Below the pieces are notes generated by a model, which did no database searches, was not told the origin of the DNA, and saw only the letters and a program-made list of their open reading frames with translations. The position numbers and the translations under genes are program-made. DNA of 64,000 bases from Cyanobacteria bacterium J06626_4 (GTDB taxonomy: Bacteria > Cyanobacteriota > Cyanobacteriia > Phormidesmidales > Phormidesmidaceae): NCBI GenBank assembly GCA_038523235.1, contig JBCBJQ010000023.1, forward strand, positions 1-64,000. Direction: 5' to 3'. Positions 31,815 to 42,210 of the stretch are shown here, piece after piece (positions within the stretch are counted from its first letter, which is position 1; every line of letters begins with the position of its first letter).

Positions 31815-31877
31815 GTCTTGTGTGATTGTCGTTGCCTGAGGTGCTATGGCAGAAGTCGGAATTGAAAAGATTGTCAG

Positions 31878-31983
31878 ATATAGCAGAGGGTAGAAAGGTG
31901 CAGGGCTCAAGGTGTAAGGAAGCCCCTTGCCGCAAGCGATCCGGCGATTAAAAGTGTCCAAATCTGACTGCGGCTCGCCATAT
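31878..31983. mobile_element. possible degenerate MITE remnant
   Basis: Weak terminal inverted repeats atatagcagag / ctcgccatat. Confidence 0.35.
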
Positions 31984-32231
31984 CATCTGATTTTCGTTCT
32001 CTGAGGTGCTGTCGGGATTATGCTGCAATGCGATGAATAAGCCTTAAGCAGCCAAGATCGTAGTTGCTAGTTCGATTCGGCCAAAGCTGCGGAGCCACCT
32101 TGCGGATGTGCGCAGGACTATAGCGTGCCTTGATGGCCTCAGCGAAGTAATCAGCGCTATGTCATCAGTCCATGCCGCTGCTGAGGGATGTTTGGCGGAG
32201 ATGCTTGGAAGGATTTGGCATTGCCAAATCC

Positions 32232-33164
32232 CTAAGACCAGGGATCAGACTTGTCGGACGCCGGGTCTGAGGCCGGTGGCTGGCTGGCTGCCGTCGGGGA
32301 AGACTCTGGAGTGGGAGGGGTCGCCGTTGGCGGTGTTTTGGGCTTAGCGACGGCGTCTTTCGCGATCGCTGCTTGATTCATCGGGATGGCGGCCGCTGCC
32401 GTGGGCGGCACGGGTTGAGCGGTCACAGCCAGGGTGTCGCTACCGGGAACGCTGACGGGCGAGTTTTGCAGCTGTTCACGCATCCACGTTTGAAACATTT
32501 CGTCGAGTAGCCGCTGTTTGGTCGGCTCATCCATCTGAGCCGGAAAAAACTTCTCTAGGCGCACCACCACATACCATTCACCAATGCGTTTGGGGGGCCA
32601 AATTTGACCGGGTTTGCTGACCGAGAGCAGCCCCCCCAAGGCAGGATGGGGCACGCTGAGTTCAACCGGCCCAATGAGCCCGCCGGTCTTGGCTTCTTGC
32701 CCTTCGGAATATTCCTTGGCGAGTTCGGGAAAAGATTGCCCATCATCGTGGACGCGAAAATAAAGTTCTTGCGCGAGTCCTAGCTGACTGGTGCGAATGA
32801 GCGAGTACAGCACCTTGTCTAACCGTCCTTTGCGCTGCAGAAAATAGGAATCAACTTCTTTGGCAAAGGTCTGCGTTTTGAATTTAGCCAGCTTTTGCTC
32901 GCGCACGGCGGTCGTCCGAATCAAATCGGGTGTGCCATATTGTTGCTGTGCCCAGGCGTTAGCCTCTTCGGCGCTGGTAATCTTATTGCGCTGGCAAAAG
33001 GCGACTTCGGCAGCCTGAATTTCTTCAGCGGTGAGTTCAATATCGCCGATCGCGTCATCAATGATGATTTCTTGAATCACCCGTGACAATAGATTGGTCT
33101 TGCTCAGCAGCGGAACAAGGTCGTTTGACTGAAGGATGCGATCGCCTACCCGAAGCAAATCCAT
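32232..33164 (-). CDS. PpiC-type peptidyl-prolyl isomerase
   Basis: YSLIR, AQELYFR, FPELAKEYSEG.E..TGGLIGP. Confidence 0.85.
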   Translation of the reverse strand: MDLLRVGDRILQSNDLVPLLSKTNLLSRVIQEIIIDDAIGDIELTAEEIQAAEVAFCQRNKITSAEEANAWAQQQYGTPDLIRTTAVREQKLAKFKTQTFAKEVDSYFLQRKGRLDKVLYSLIRTSQLGLAQELYFRVHDDGQSFPELAKEYSEGQEAKTGGLIGPVELSVPHPALGGLLSVSKPGQIWPPKRIGEWYVVVRLEKFFPAQMDEPTKQRLLDEMFQTWMREQLQNSPVSVPGSDTLAVTAQPVPPTAAAAIPMNQAAIAKDAVAKPKTPPTATPPTPESSPTAASQPPASDPASDKSDPWS

Positions 33165-33274
33165 GCAAATAACCGCTCAAAACGTCTAGCTACGTCATAA
33201 CCCTAACCCAGGTTACCCCATACATTTCCGAGAGTCGGGTGGCCTGCCCGGAGTTTATGGCTGAACAGCAAAAC

Positions 33275-34999
33275 TTATTGACAAAGGGCGTAGCTCGATA
33301 GCTCGATCAGCTTTGCTCTGAGCGTTTCGAGCCCAATGCGATCTTGAGCGGACACGAACACCGCCTGAGGAAATTCCTCTTTCGCCAGTGCGAGCGCTTC
33401 GCTATCGGCCTGATCCAGCTTGTTAAACGCCAGCAAAATGGGGCCTGGCGTAATCGGCATCTCACCCAAAATCGTCATCACTGAGCGAATCTGATCTAGC
33501 CAAGCCGGATGGGATAGATCGACGACATGCAGCAATGCATCCGCCTCGGTGACTTCTTCTAACGTGGCGCGAAAGGCATCGACCAGCGACTCGGGCAGGT
33601 CGCGGATAAAGCCGACCGTGTCGGTCAGTACCATTTGGGTTTGTACCTGCGTGGTGCTATCGAGAATGCTCAGCCGTCGAGTGGTGGGATCGAGGGTGGC
33701 AAATAGCTGGTCAGCCGCATAGATTTCGGAATTGGTCAGGGCATTGAGCAGCGTCGATTTGCCCGCGTTTGTATAGCCCACCACGGCAATGGATGGAATG
33801 TCGGTGCGCTGGCGGCGCTGTCGCAGGCGATCGCGGTGGGCCTGCAGCTGGTTGACCTCTCGCTGCAGGCGTGAAATGCGGCGCTGAATGGCCCGCCGCT
33901 CAGTTTCTAATTTCGTCTCACCGGGGCCGCGGGTACCAATACCGCCGCCTAAGCGAGACATCGCCTGGCCCCGACCGGTCAGACGCGGCAGCTGATATTC
34001 CAACTGGGCCAGCTCGACCTGCAGTTTGCCCGCGCCGCTGCGGGCTCGCTGCGCAAAAATATCGAGAATGACTTCGGTGCGATCGACAACCCGCACGCCC
34101 ATCTGCAGCTCTAGATTGCGCACTTGCGCCGGTGACAGATCGCGATCAAATACCACCAGAGTCGCGCCCAGGGTTTGCGCTTCAAGGGCGATTTCCTGAA
34201 CCTTACCGGCCCCGAGCACCGTTTGCGGATGGGGGCGATCGCGGCGCTGAGAGAGGGTTTCTAACACTTCACCGCCCGCGGTTTCCACCAGGCGCTCGAC
34301 TTCCATCAGGCTGTAGCGAAACTGCGATTTTGACAGTTTGCCGGTGACTAAACCGACCACGATGACGCGATCGTGGTCGGTATCGACCTGCTGGGCCACA
34401 AACACCCGGCGAAACTCGGCTTCGAGCGCTTCGGTGCGTTCAACAAAATCTTGCTGGGCGACGGTTTCTAGGCTGAGCTTGTCTGAGACCGTCCAGCGCG
34501 CTTCGGGATGCGGGACTAAATGGGCCAGATACAGATGGCGAATGTAGCCCGTAGCGCCCCCACCACGCCGCTCAAAGCCTTCCCCTGACAGGGTAATTAA
34601 AACCAGTGCGTCGAGCCGCTGCAGGGCCATCGCAGTCAGGTCGCTGGTGCTGGGCGGCGTTTGCTTGAGCTGAGTGGCAATGCAGCGAATGCCGCTGAGT
34701 CGTTCGGCACCATAGCGGGGCAGTTCGATGGGGGGAATCTGCGTCTGGCGAGGTGAGCCGACACCGACGCGAATTACCTGCCCGCGGCGGTTTAAATAGA
34801 GGCAGAGCGGCTGGCCTAAGTCCGTGCTAATGGCCGCCAACCGTTGCGCAAACTCTGGCGTGGTGAAGCGATCGCCCGGTAAGCGCTGATGATACAGTCG
34901 CTGGAGTTGCTTCAGCTGGTTGGGCTTGAGTCCTCGTAGGTCGCCGTAAATCGTCTCGATGAGTCCTGACTCTCCTAGCAAAATGGATTTAAATCCCAT
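33275..34999 (-). CDS. hflX: GTPase HflX (long cyanobacterial type)
   Basis: GIGTRGPGETKLE, GYTNAGKST, LFATLDPT, DTVGF, NKLD; start uncertain. Confidence 0.93.
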   Translation of the reverse strand: MGFKSILLGESGLIETIYGDLRGLKPNQLKQLQRLYHQRLPGDRFTTPEFAQRLAAISTDLGQPLCLYLNRRGQVIRVGVGSPRQTQIPPIELPRYGAERLSGIRCIATQLKQTPPSTSDLTAMALQRLDALVLITLSGEGFERRGGGATGYIRHLYLAHLVPHPEARWTVSDKLSLETVAQQDFVERTEALEAEFRRVFVAQQVDTDHDRVIVVGLVTGKLSKSQFRYSLMEVERLVETAGGEVLETLSQRRDRPHPQTVLGAGKVQEIALEAQTLGATLVVFDRDLSPAQVRNLELQMGVRVVDRTEVILDIFAQRARSGAGKLQVELAQLEYQLPRLTGRGQAMSRLGGGIGTRGPGETKLETERRAIQRRISRLQREVNQLQAHRDRLRQRRQRTDIPSIAVVGYTNAGKSTLLNALTNSEIYAADQLFATLDPTTRRLSILDSTTQVQTQMVLTDTVGFIRDLPESLVDAFRATLEEVTEADALLHVVDLSHPAWLDQIRSVMTILGEMPITPGPILLAFNKLDQADSEALALAKEEFPQAVFVSAQDRIGLETLRAKLIELSSYALCQ

Positions 35000-35353
35000 C
35001 CTAATGGAATTTTGCTGTGGAGTGGCCTGGGGTCGCGCCGCCGCCGGGGCCGCAAAAGCGGGCCGGTGCACAGGTGAAAATTTGCCTGAGACCGGCTCTC
35101 AGAGGGCCGATCCAGTTTGCTCACGAAACTTTTGGCTGCGCTCAATGAAGTGGCTTTTAGTTCACTTTTCCATACATTTCCTCACAATAGGGTTTGAAAT
35201 TTGAACGGTTTCAGACTATAAATCTGCTATCGCTTTGCGGTAATCGCCAAGCCCCTCGTGAGTCTGTACAGAAACGTTACCGTTTTTGGTCTAACTGCAA
35301 GGGAATATCTATTCTTAAAGACGTCATTCCGGGTAGTGAGCTACCGTACAAAT

Positions 35354-35791
35354 ATGAGCACAGACATTAATTCTGAGACGACAATCCCCGAAGTTCCCGA
35401 AGTCGAAAATCCATCGCTGCATACTGACCCCCTGGAGGCAACTGACCCCCTGGAGGCAACTGGCACCAACCCTCAGGTGCAGCAGATTCTGGACAAAGTT
35501 TCCGGGATCTTGGCCAATTTGCCAGACTATGTGACGGACTTCTTCCAAGAATACAAACGTCCACTCGTCACGGTGGGCTTGATTTTGGCAGCCTTTGTTT
35601 CGGTCAAGCTGCTGCTAGCCATTTTGCATGCCGTCAACGAGGTGCCTTTGCTGGCACCGACCTTTGAATTGGTAGGTTTGGGCTATAGCGGTTGGTTTGT
35701 CTATCGCTTTTTACTCAAAGATGCGAACCGGCAAGAACTCACTGAAAACTTCACCGCGTTGAAAGATCAGGTGCTCGGCAAGCATTCCTAA
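35354..35791 (+). CDS. CAAD domain (CURT1/CurT-like) thylakoid membrane protein
   Basis: AVNEVPLLAPTFELVGLGYSGWFVYRFLL...RQEL. Confidence 0.85.
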   Translation: MSTDINSETTIPEVPEVENPSLHTDPLEATDPLEATGTNPQVQQILDKVSGILANLPDYVTDFFQEYKRPLVTVGLILAAFVSVKLLLAILHAVNEVPLLAPTFELVGLGYSGWFVYRFLLKDANRQELTENFTALKDQVLGKHS

Positions 35792-36006
35792 GACCGAATC
35801 CTCCCGACCCGCTGAATGACGCGATCTCGCACAAGGCTCGGCGCTGCTAATCAGGCTACTGGCCTTGTTTAATGTCTAAATACCTTCCTCAATGGCTTTG
35901 GTAGTGCATTGAGGAAGGTTTTGTTGTGGCCGCAGCAGTGGAATGTGGAAGTTTGAACGGCAAGGCCATTAGAGAGTCATTGCCGCAATTCCGAGTGACT
36001 TGATTG

Positions 36007-36191
36007 AACACCAGTTCGGGGTAAGCCAAATCCTGTTTCTTTCCCCTCTGGGGAGGGGCGAATGGGGTGGGCTGAACCACTCTCAGCGGGAGGAACGACA
36101 CCCACCCCGCCTTTGGCACCCCTCCCTGGAGGGGATGGTCGTTTCAACCGACGGGTAAGTGTGCCTGGCGCCCTTATCCCGAACTCAGGTT
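36007..36191 (+). mobile_element. 185-bp MITE family Y
   Basis: TIRs aacaccagttcggg / cccgaactcaggtt; GC-rich internal hairpins; homologous copies at 41887 and 59990. Confidence 0.8.
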
Positions 36192-36336
36192 AATTAAAGT
36201 GTGGCTGGTGAGACGAGCCGCTGTGAGGTCGCCATCGCAATCAAGCGATCGCATCCATCGAGCCTGAATTGCCGCAATGGACTGCGAAACTCAGGCTGAA
36301 TCCCGTAAGGCTCCGCCCTTACCGCAGCACACTCTC

Positions 36337-36371
36337 AATTCCGTACTCTGAACTCCGAATTCCGAATTCCT
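36337..36371. repeat. heptamer tandem repeat (STRR-like)
   Basis: aattccg-tactctg-aactccg-aattccg-aattcct. Confidence 0.7.
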
Positions 36372-36389
36372 CCCTCCGACTTCCCCACG

Positions 36390-38051
36390 CTAAAGATTAC
36401 TCAAATACTGGTGAACGAACTGCACACAAATGCTGCCTTCACCGACGCCAGAAGCCACGCGTTTGACCGAGCCGTGACGCACATCGCCGACGGCAAAGAC
36501 ACCCGGCACGGTGGTTTCTAGCAGATAGGGGTCGCGTTCTAGCCGCCACGGTTCGATGGCCTGATCGCTGAACGCCTGGTCTGGCCCGGTGAGAATGAAG
36601 CCGCGCTCGTCTCGGGCGATATCGTGGCCTAACCAGTCCGTATAGGGGCGGGCCCCGATGAAGATGAACAGCGACTTGGCCGGGAGGGTCTGCGCCTCGC
36701 CAGTTTGAGAATTTTGAATGGTCAGCGCTTCTAAGTTGCTGTCTCCTTTGGCCTCGATCACGCTGGAATGAGTCCAGACTTCGATATTGTCGGTGGCGTC
36801 AATTTGGTCAATTAGATATTGCGACATGCTTTTGGTGAGCGATTCGCCCCGCACCAGCATGACCACTTTGCTGGCAAAGCGCGAAAAATACATCGCGGCC
36901 TGGCCGGCGGAGTTGGCCCCTCCCACGACAAATACCTCTTCGCCTTGGCAGGCGATCGCCTCAGTTTGGGCCGCCCCGTAATATACTCCGGCACCGGTCA
37001 AGCGCTCGGTACCCGGCACGTTGAGCCGTCGCCAAGAGACCCCCATGGCCAAAATGACGGCGTGACTGGCGAGCTCACTGCCGTCAGCTAGGGTTACAAC
37101 CCGATAATCATCTTTGAGGCGAATGCCAGTGGCTTCCTGCGGCGTCAGGATTTCGACGCCAAAGCGTTTGGCCTGGGTCACCGCCCGCCGCGCCAGATCG
37201 CTGCCGCTCAGCCCGACCGGAAAGCCCAAATAGTTCTCAATCCGCGAGCTGGTACCGGCTTGCCCGCCGGGGGCTTCGCGCTCAATCATGACGGTGCGTA
37301 ACCCTTCGGACGCGCCATAGACGGCGGCGGCCAACCCGCCTGGCCCACCCCCGACGATGACTAAGTCATAAAACGGGTTGGCGGCTTGGGTTTGCAGACC
37401 AATTTTTTCGGCAATTTGCAAGTTGTCAGGGTTGGGCTGCGCCTCGCCGTCGGCAAATAGCACTAGTGGCAGACAGGGTGTCTGAGCCTCGGCATAGGTC
37501 AGCAGCTTTTGGGCATCGGCATCGCGTTCAATATCGAGCCAGCGGTAGGGAATTTGGTTGCGAGCTAGGAAGTCTTTAATGCGGTGGGAGTTGGCCGACC
37601 AGCGATCGCCAATCACCCGAATGCCCTGAAACTCGGGGTGGAAATGGGCTAGCCAGTCATTCAGCAGGTCGTCGAGCACGGGATAGAGCTTTTCGACCGG
37701 TGGATCCCAGGGCTTGAGCAGGTAGTAGTCCAAATGGGCGGCATTAATGGCGCGAATGGCCGCGTCGGTATCCGCGTAAGCGGTGAGCAACGCCCGCTTC
37801 GCTTCCGGAAACACTGCTGTGGCCTGTTCTAAAAACTCGACGCCGCTCATTTGAGGCATCCGCTGGTCGGCCAAAAATAGGGCCACTGTATCGTTGCGCA
37901 GCTTCAACTGCTGCACCGCTTCGAGGGCATCCTGGCCGGAATTGGCGCGGATAATGCGATAGCGATCGCCGTACTGCTGTCGCAAATCACGGGCGATCGC
38001 CTGCAGCACTTCAGCATCATCATCAACGGTTAAGATGGCGGGCTTAGACAT
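36390..38051 (-). CDS. response-regulator receiver / glutaredoxin-like / thioredoxin reductase-like fusion
   Basis: REC (VDDD, ADQRMP, LTAYAD, KPW); GGGPGG, GGQAGTSSRIENYLGFP, GGANSAGQAA, GDVRHGSVKRVASGVGEG. Confidence 0.9.
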   Translation of the reverse strand: MSKPAILTVDDDAEVLQAIARDLRQQYGDRYRIIRANSGQDALEAVQQLKLRNDTVALFLADQRMPQMSGVEFLEQATAVFPEAKRALLTAYADTDAAIRAINAAHLDYYLLKPWDPPVEKLYPVLDDLLNDWLAHFHPEFQGIRVIGDRWSANSHRIKDFLARNQIPYRWLDIERDADAQKLLTYAEAQTPCLPLVLFADGEAQPNPDNLQIAEKIGLQTQAANPFYDLVIVGGGPGGLAAAVYGASEGLRTVMIEREAPGGQAGTSSRIENYLGFPVGLSGSDLARRAVTQAKRFGVEILTPQEATGIRLKDDYRVVTLADGSELASHAVILAMGVSWRRLNVPGTERLTGAGVYYGAAQTEAIACQGEEVFVVGGANSAGQAAMYFSRFASKVVMLVRGESLTKSMSQYLIDQIDATDNIEVWTHSSVIEAKGDSNLEALTIQNSQTGEAQTLPAKSLFIFIGARPYTDWLGHDIARDERGFILTGPDQAFSDQAIEPWRLERDPYLLETTVPGVFAVGDVRHGSVKRVASGVGEGSICVQFVHQYLSNL

Positions 38052-38458
38052 TGTGGGGGGCTATCCTCAAGCAATTATGATCAACAAGGCCGCGTCAGAA
38101 TTCTCTCTCGGGAGGGGATCAAATGGGCGGGCAAAACCGATCTCGCTCACCGCATTCTGAGCTGAAATAGGGATGAACAGCGACGGCGTCTGATGCCGAA
38201 CTGACATCATCGTGAGGTTGACAAAAAACGGCGGCAGAAGGCCGTTGCTCAAACGGTGAATCGGTCAGTGAGTCAATGTTTTGGCAAAGCCTTCCTATTC
38301 TAAGCGGCCAGGAAAAAATTGTTTGATGCCGGCGATCGCCCTCGAATCCTCTTGGAACAGCTTGCCATTGGTTTGGGGGTGAGCTGGCGATCGCGGCAAA
38401 TTGTGCGGATATATCTGCTTCTCACCTCATCCTTAGCCCCCTAAGACTAAGCTGCCAG

Positions 38459-39067
38459 TCACTGGCGCTGTACAGGAATTTGAATGTCACTCCGCTTCAG
38501 CGGATCGGGCACATAGGGGCCATCGTAGAAAAATCGGCGTGGCGGTCCGGTCACCGCGTAGTCAGAATGCGCGGCTAGCCACGTTTGCAACTGCTCAATA
38601 CCGCCGGTGTAAATGTCATAGCCATAGCCGCCGCGAACGCCGACGCTCACCACCGTCATGGATGGCATGTCCTCGATTTGCACATCTGGAGCCACGGCTT
38701 CGGGCACGATTTCCAAACTGCGGTATAAAAACGAAACGGTCGCATCGCCTGCGGTTGCCGCTCCGGCCTCTAGCGTGGCGATGGGATACCGAGTCTCGAC
38801 CGGCGCGGTCATCGAGATGTCATTGCTGCTGATATGGCGAAACAGCGGTGAAAAGCCCCGCGAGGGTGCTTGCTCTAAATCGCCGGTGACCTGCACGGTG
38901 GCAGCGCGGTAGGCCGGATACTGCTTAATCTCGATCGCGCCTGCCGCTGTCGGTGGTGGAAAGCCCTCGGGCAACGGGGCCGAGGCGGCGCTATAAGTCC
39001 AGAACACCAGCGCGCCGACCCCAATCGCCAAAATGCCTAATATCAATAACCCCTGGTTCAGTTTCAT
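38459..39067 (-). CDS. SOUL heme-binding family protein
   Basis: IEIKQYP, FSPLFRHI...ISMTAPV, RRFFYDGP. Confidence 0.85.
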   Translation of the reverse strand: MKLNQGLLILGILAIGVGALVFWTYSAASAPLPEGFPPPTAAGAIEIKQYPAYRAATVQVTGDLEQAPSRGFSPLFRHISSNDISMTAPVETRYPIATLEAGAATAGDATVSFLYRSLEIVPEAVAPDVQIEDMPSMTVVSVGVRGGYGYDIYTGGIEQLQTWLAAHSDYAVTGPPRRFFYDGPYVPDPLKRSDIQIPVQRQ

Positions 39068-39341
39068 GGCCGAGTATCTGCTGTCTTTGCCCTTATTCTA
39101 GCGATCGCTGCTCCCTGATTTTGAACTGCCGCCGCCGCGAAATCGGTCTGAATTATGGGCCTGAATGAATTAATGTCGCTTAACGCCCAATCACCTGTTT
39201 TCACCCGATGATGAAATCTTACAGTCAGGGCAACCGCTGCCCTGAATCCTTAAACATCAGCCGCGATCGCCTACCAGAATCTTCCTCAAGCCCACCAGGG
39301 TCGCTGCGGCTTGAGCGGTATTGCCAATGGGGATCTGCCCG

Positions 39342-39764
39342 TTATCCATTAAAGCGAAAACAAACGCTGTTATCGGTCTCGATCACGCGGTAGCAGGATA
39401 AATTATCTGGATCCTCAATCGTTGTGGTTTCTAGGAAAACGTTGCGTTCATAGGGGGCGGCCACAGAGTCATCAACGGTGTATTCACAAAAGCCACGGGC
39501 ATCAAACTCATCGGGTTCGCAGGCATTAATCAGGTAAATGCGGGTGACGACACCATCTGACCAATGCAAGGTGGTGTAGTGGCCTCCGGCCCCGTACCCG
39601 CTACCAATGACGCAGGGCTCTAGGGTTTCTTGGATCTCCCCCTCATAGAAGTAGCAGATGCCTAAGCGATCAGGGTAAGGTCGAGCGGCAGTGGGCCAGC
39701 TCCATCCCAGAATGCTGGCGGCGATCGCACTGACGGCTAGGGTTCGTTTTAGTGCCGATGGCAT
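39342..39764 (-). CDS. secreted Cys-containing hypothetical protein
   Basis: Signal peptide; six Cys. Confidence 0.7.
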   Translation of the reverse strand: MPSALKRTLAVSAIAASILGWSWPTAARPYPDRLGICYFYEGEIQETLEPCVIGSGYGAGGHYTTLHWSDGVVTRIYLINACEPDEFDARGFCEYTVDDSVAAPYERNVFLETTTIEDPDNLSCYRVIETDNSVCFRFNG

Positions 39765-40016
39765 GGTTCATCCTCTTCTCTTGAAGCTGGCCAAGTTTCC
39801 AGGCTAGTGCTTTGGCTCATTTCTCCCTCAGAGTACCCGCTAGGTTTTTGACGACCACCCCTCTTGGCCTGTGCGTGGCTATTGGCAATGAGGCCAAGTC
39901 CGCGGCTGCGCCTTTCCCCACAGGCAATGCCCGCTAAAAAGCATCAGTCGCCGTCGATGTGGCGATCAGACGCTTTCCACTGATAATAGAGGTCTGTCGT
40001 TATTGCAGCAGTTGCC

Positions 40017-40664
40017 GTGGATCCCCAAAAATCAGACGCGATCGAGCATCAGCATATTCCTCAATCCCACCAGGGTCTCCACGACTTTTTGTATAGCGCC
40101 GCTGACGAACATGCTGCCGATACGACTGCTGCTCCCGTGTTAGCAACCGGTGAGATGCCGATCTCGGATTGGTGTGACCAAGCTCAAAATGCGAAAGTGG
40201 CGGGCGTTTACGCAGTGCTCGATCACGATCGACAAACCCAATTTATTGGCCTCTCTCGTAACGTCTCACTCTCCCTACGTGGCCATCTTGCCCAAAAAGG
40301 AGACACGGTTTGCGCCCTAGTCAAGGTGCAGACTTTCAAGGTGCCCAAACGAGACGCGATGACCATTCTGCGCGATGAGTGGATTGCGACCCTACCCAGC
40401 CCCCCACCCGGCAATGTTGATGGCACCTGGGCCAGTACCGTGCGCGAAGCCGCAACCCAAGTGATGTCTGTAGCCGAGCAAGAAGCCTATGAAGCAAAAA
40501 AGCTGAAGCTCCAGCGGGCAATGGCCGACGACGCCCTGGCAACCCAGCCGACTGCGGGCTCGGCCAGCGACGTTGGCAATCCTCAAGCTGATCTGGCTGC
40601 CGCCATGAGTGATGATAACTGGAGTGCGCTCATTCGAGAGCAAACCCAGGAAACCCAAACCTGA
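40017..40664 (+). CDS. GIY-YIG-like domain protein
   Basis: GVYAVLD...QFIGLSRNV..SLRGH, PPGN. Confidence 0.75.
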   Translation: MDPQKSDAIEHQHIPQSHQGLHDFLYSAADEHAADTTAAPVLATGEMPISDWCDQAQNAKVAGVYAVLDHDRQTQFIGLSRNVSLSLRGHLAQKGDTVCALVKVQTFKVPKRDAMTILRDEWIATLPSPPPGNVDGTWASTVREAATQVMSVAEQEAYEAKKLKLQRAMADDALATQPTAGSASDVGNPQADLAAAMSDDNWSALIREQTQETQT

Positions 40665-40802
40665 CTTAGGCGGTGGTGCCATTATGCGCTGCCTACTGGG
40701 CTGAGAACACCGAGGAGCGCTCACCGGTGTTTTGAAGTGCAACCTCAAAGGTTTCAGTCCGCTGGCCAGAATTGGGGCTTCAGCGATCGCCAACAGCATC
40801 CC

Positions 40803-41762
40803 CTATGCGCTCTCATCCCAAAGATTGTCGAGGGTGTAGGGGCCACCTTCGACGATCCAAATCGAGCCGTCCACATAGCGGCGATGGCGATCTAGCTGCG
40901 CGATCGCGGCCATATCAGCCTCTGTAAGCGTCACGTCAGCCGCCTTGAGGTTTTGCGCAATGCGATCAGGATTAGTCGATTTGGGAATCACGACAGTCCC
41001 CCGATTAATCGCCCACCCGAGCAATACTTGAGCGGCGGTAATACCGTGCTTTTGGGCAATCTCACCAATCTTCGGATCGGCCAAGAGGACGGGTTCATCG
41101 GCGGTTTTTAAGGAATCGGGGCGATCGGCAGATCCGAGTGGGGAATACGCGGTCAGGTGAATTTGATGCTGGTGACAAAATTCCAGCAGCGAGTTTTGCT
41201 GTAGATAAGGATGCAGCTCGACCTGGTTCATCGCGGGCGGTTTTTGAGCCGTGGTTAGCAGTTGCTGAAGCTTTTTCTCACTAAAGTTAGACACGCCAAT
41301 GTGTCGCGTCAAGCCTTTGTCCACGAGAGCTTCCATCGCTTGCCAGGTAGTGGCGATCGGCAGCTCGTCTAGCGAGAGCAGCTTTTCTTTAGACAGTGGG
41401 AAACTCTCGCCCTGTTTGATGACCACCGGCCAATGCATCAAATACAGGTCTAGGTAATCAAGCTGCAAGTCCGCCAGAGTTTGCTCAATTCCAGGCTGCA
41501 CATGCTCCGCTGCGTGGGCATCGTTCCACAGTTTGGAGGTGATCCACAGGTGCTCACGCGTCACCAGCCCCTCTTGGAAACATTCGATGAGGGCTTTCCC
41601 AATTTCGGCTTCATTGCCGTAAATCAGGGCGCAGTCAATATGTCGATAGCCCAGTTGAATGGCGGTTTTGACGGCTTTGTAAACATCGCCCGGCTGAGAT
41701 TTCCAGGTCCCCAGTCCTAGCATGGGCATCTCATCACCGTTGGGGAAGGGCAGCGTTTTCAT
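40803..41762 (-). CDS. aldo/keto reductase
   Basis: GLGTW, GYRHIDCA, ITSKLWN, LDLYLMHWP, IGVSNF, AYSPLGS, IPKS. Confidence 0.93.
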   Translation of the reverse strand: MKTLPFPNGDEMPMLGLGTWKSQPGDVYKAVKTAIQLGYRHIDCALIYGNEAEIGKALIECFQEGLVTREHLWITSKLWNDAHAAEHVQPGIEQTLADLQLDYLDLYLMHWPVVIKQGESFPLSKEKLLSLDELPIATTWQAMEALVDKGLTRHIGVSNFSEKKLQQLLTTAQKPPAMNQVELHPYLQQNSLLEFCHQHQIHLTAYSPLGSADRPDSLKTADEPVLLADPKIGEIAQKHGITAAQVLLGWAINRGTVVIPKSTNPDRIAQNLKAADVTLTEADMAAIAQLDRHRRYVDGSIWIVEGGPYTLDNLWDESA

Positions 41763-41870
41763 GGGGGCTCCTTAAAATGCTTCCGGCTTACGAAATGACT
41801 CTAGCGAACTCCGGCTTGATTTGTCCTAGCTGAGCACGGGAACGATTGGGTCTTAAGGGGTTTCGATGTC

Positions 41871-42210
41871 GGGCGTTGCTTAATCAAACGTCAGTTCGGG
41901 TTAAAACCGAAGCCAGATATTTCCCCTCCTGGGGTGGGCTGAGGGGTGGGTGGCTCGCCAGTGAGCGCGACTGATCGGCACCCACCCCGCCTTGGGCACC
42001 CCGCCCGAGAGAGGATTTGAGGCGCAATCGGCAGGTAAAAGCGTTACTTATCCTGATCCCGAACTCAGGTTAATCAAGGGATGAATTGGTCAAAGCCTCG
42101 ATTTGGTATAGCCCCCTAAATCCCCCAATTCGGAGGGACTTCAAAGATCGGTTCTCCACAGAATCGGGAGGCTAAGGGGGGGCAAAATCATGCTTCTATT
42201 CAGCCATACT
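41871..42210. mobile_element. outer MITE-like element interrupted by a family Y copy
   Basis: Removing the insert restores gggcgttgcttaatcaagggatgaat, an imperfect inverted match to aatcatgcttctattcagc (~42186-42204); internal ccccctaaatccccc...ggggg hairpins. Confidence 0.55.
41887..42071 (+). mobile_element. 185-bp MITE family Y with target-site duplication
   Basis: TIRs aacgtcagttcggg / cccgaactcaggtt; TAATCAA at 41881-41887 and 42071-42077. Confidence 0.8.

Noticed and set aside
31652..32230. patX/patS-type RGSGR peptide near patU
   Set aside because: I found no RGSGR-encoding small ORF by eye; a six-frame search was not run.
36337..36371. CRISPR-like array
   Set aside because: Only heptamer tandem repeats with no spacers; no cas genes in the window.
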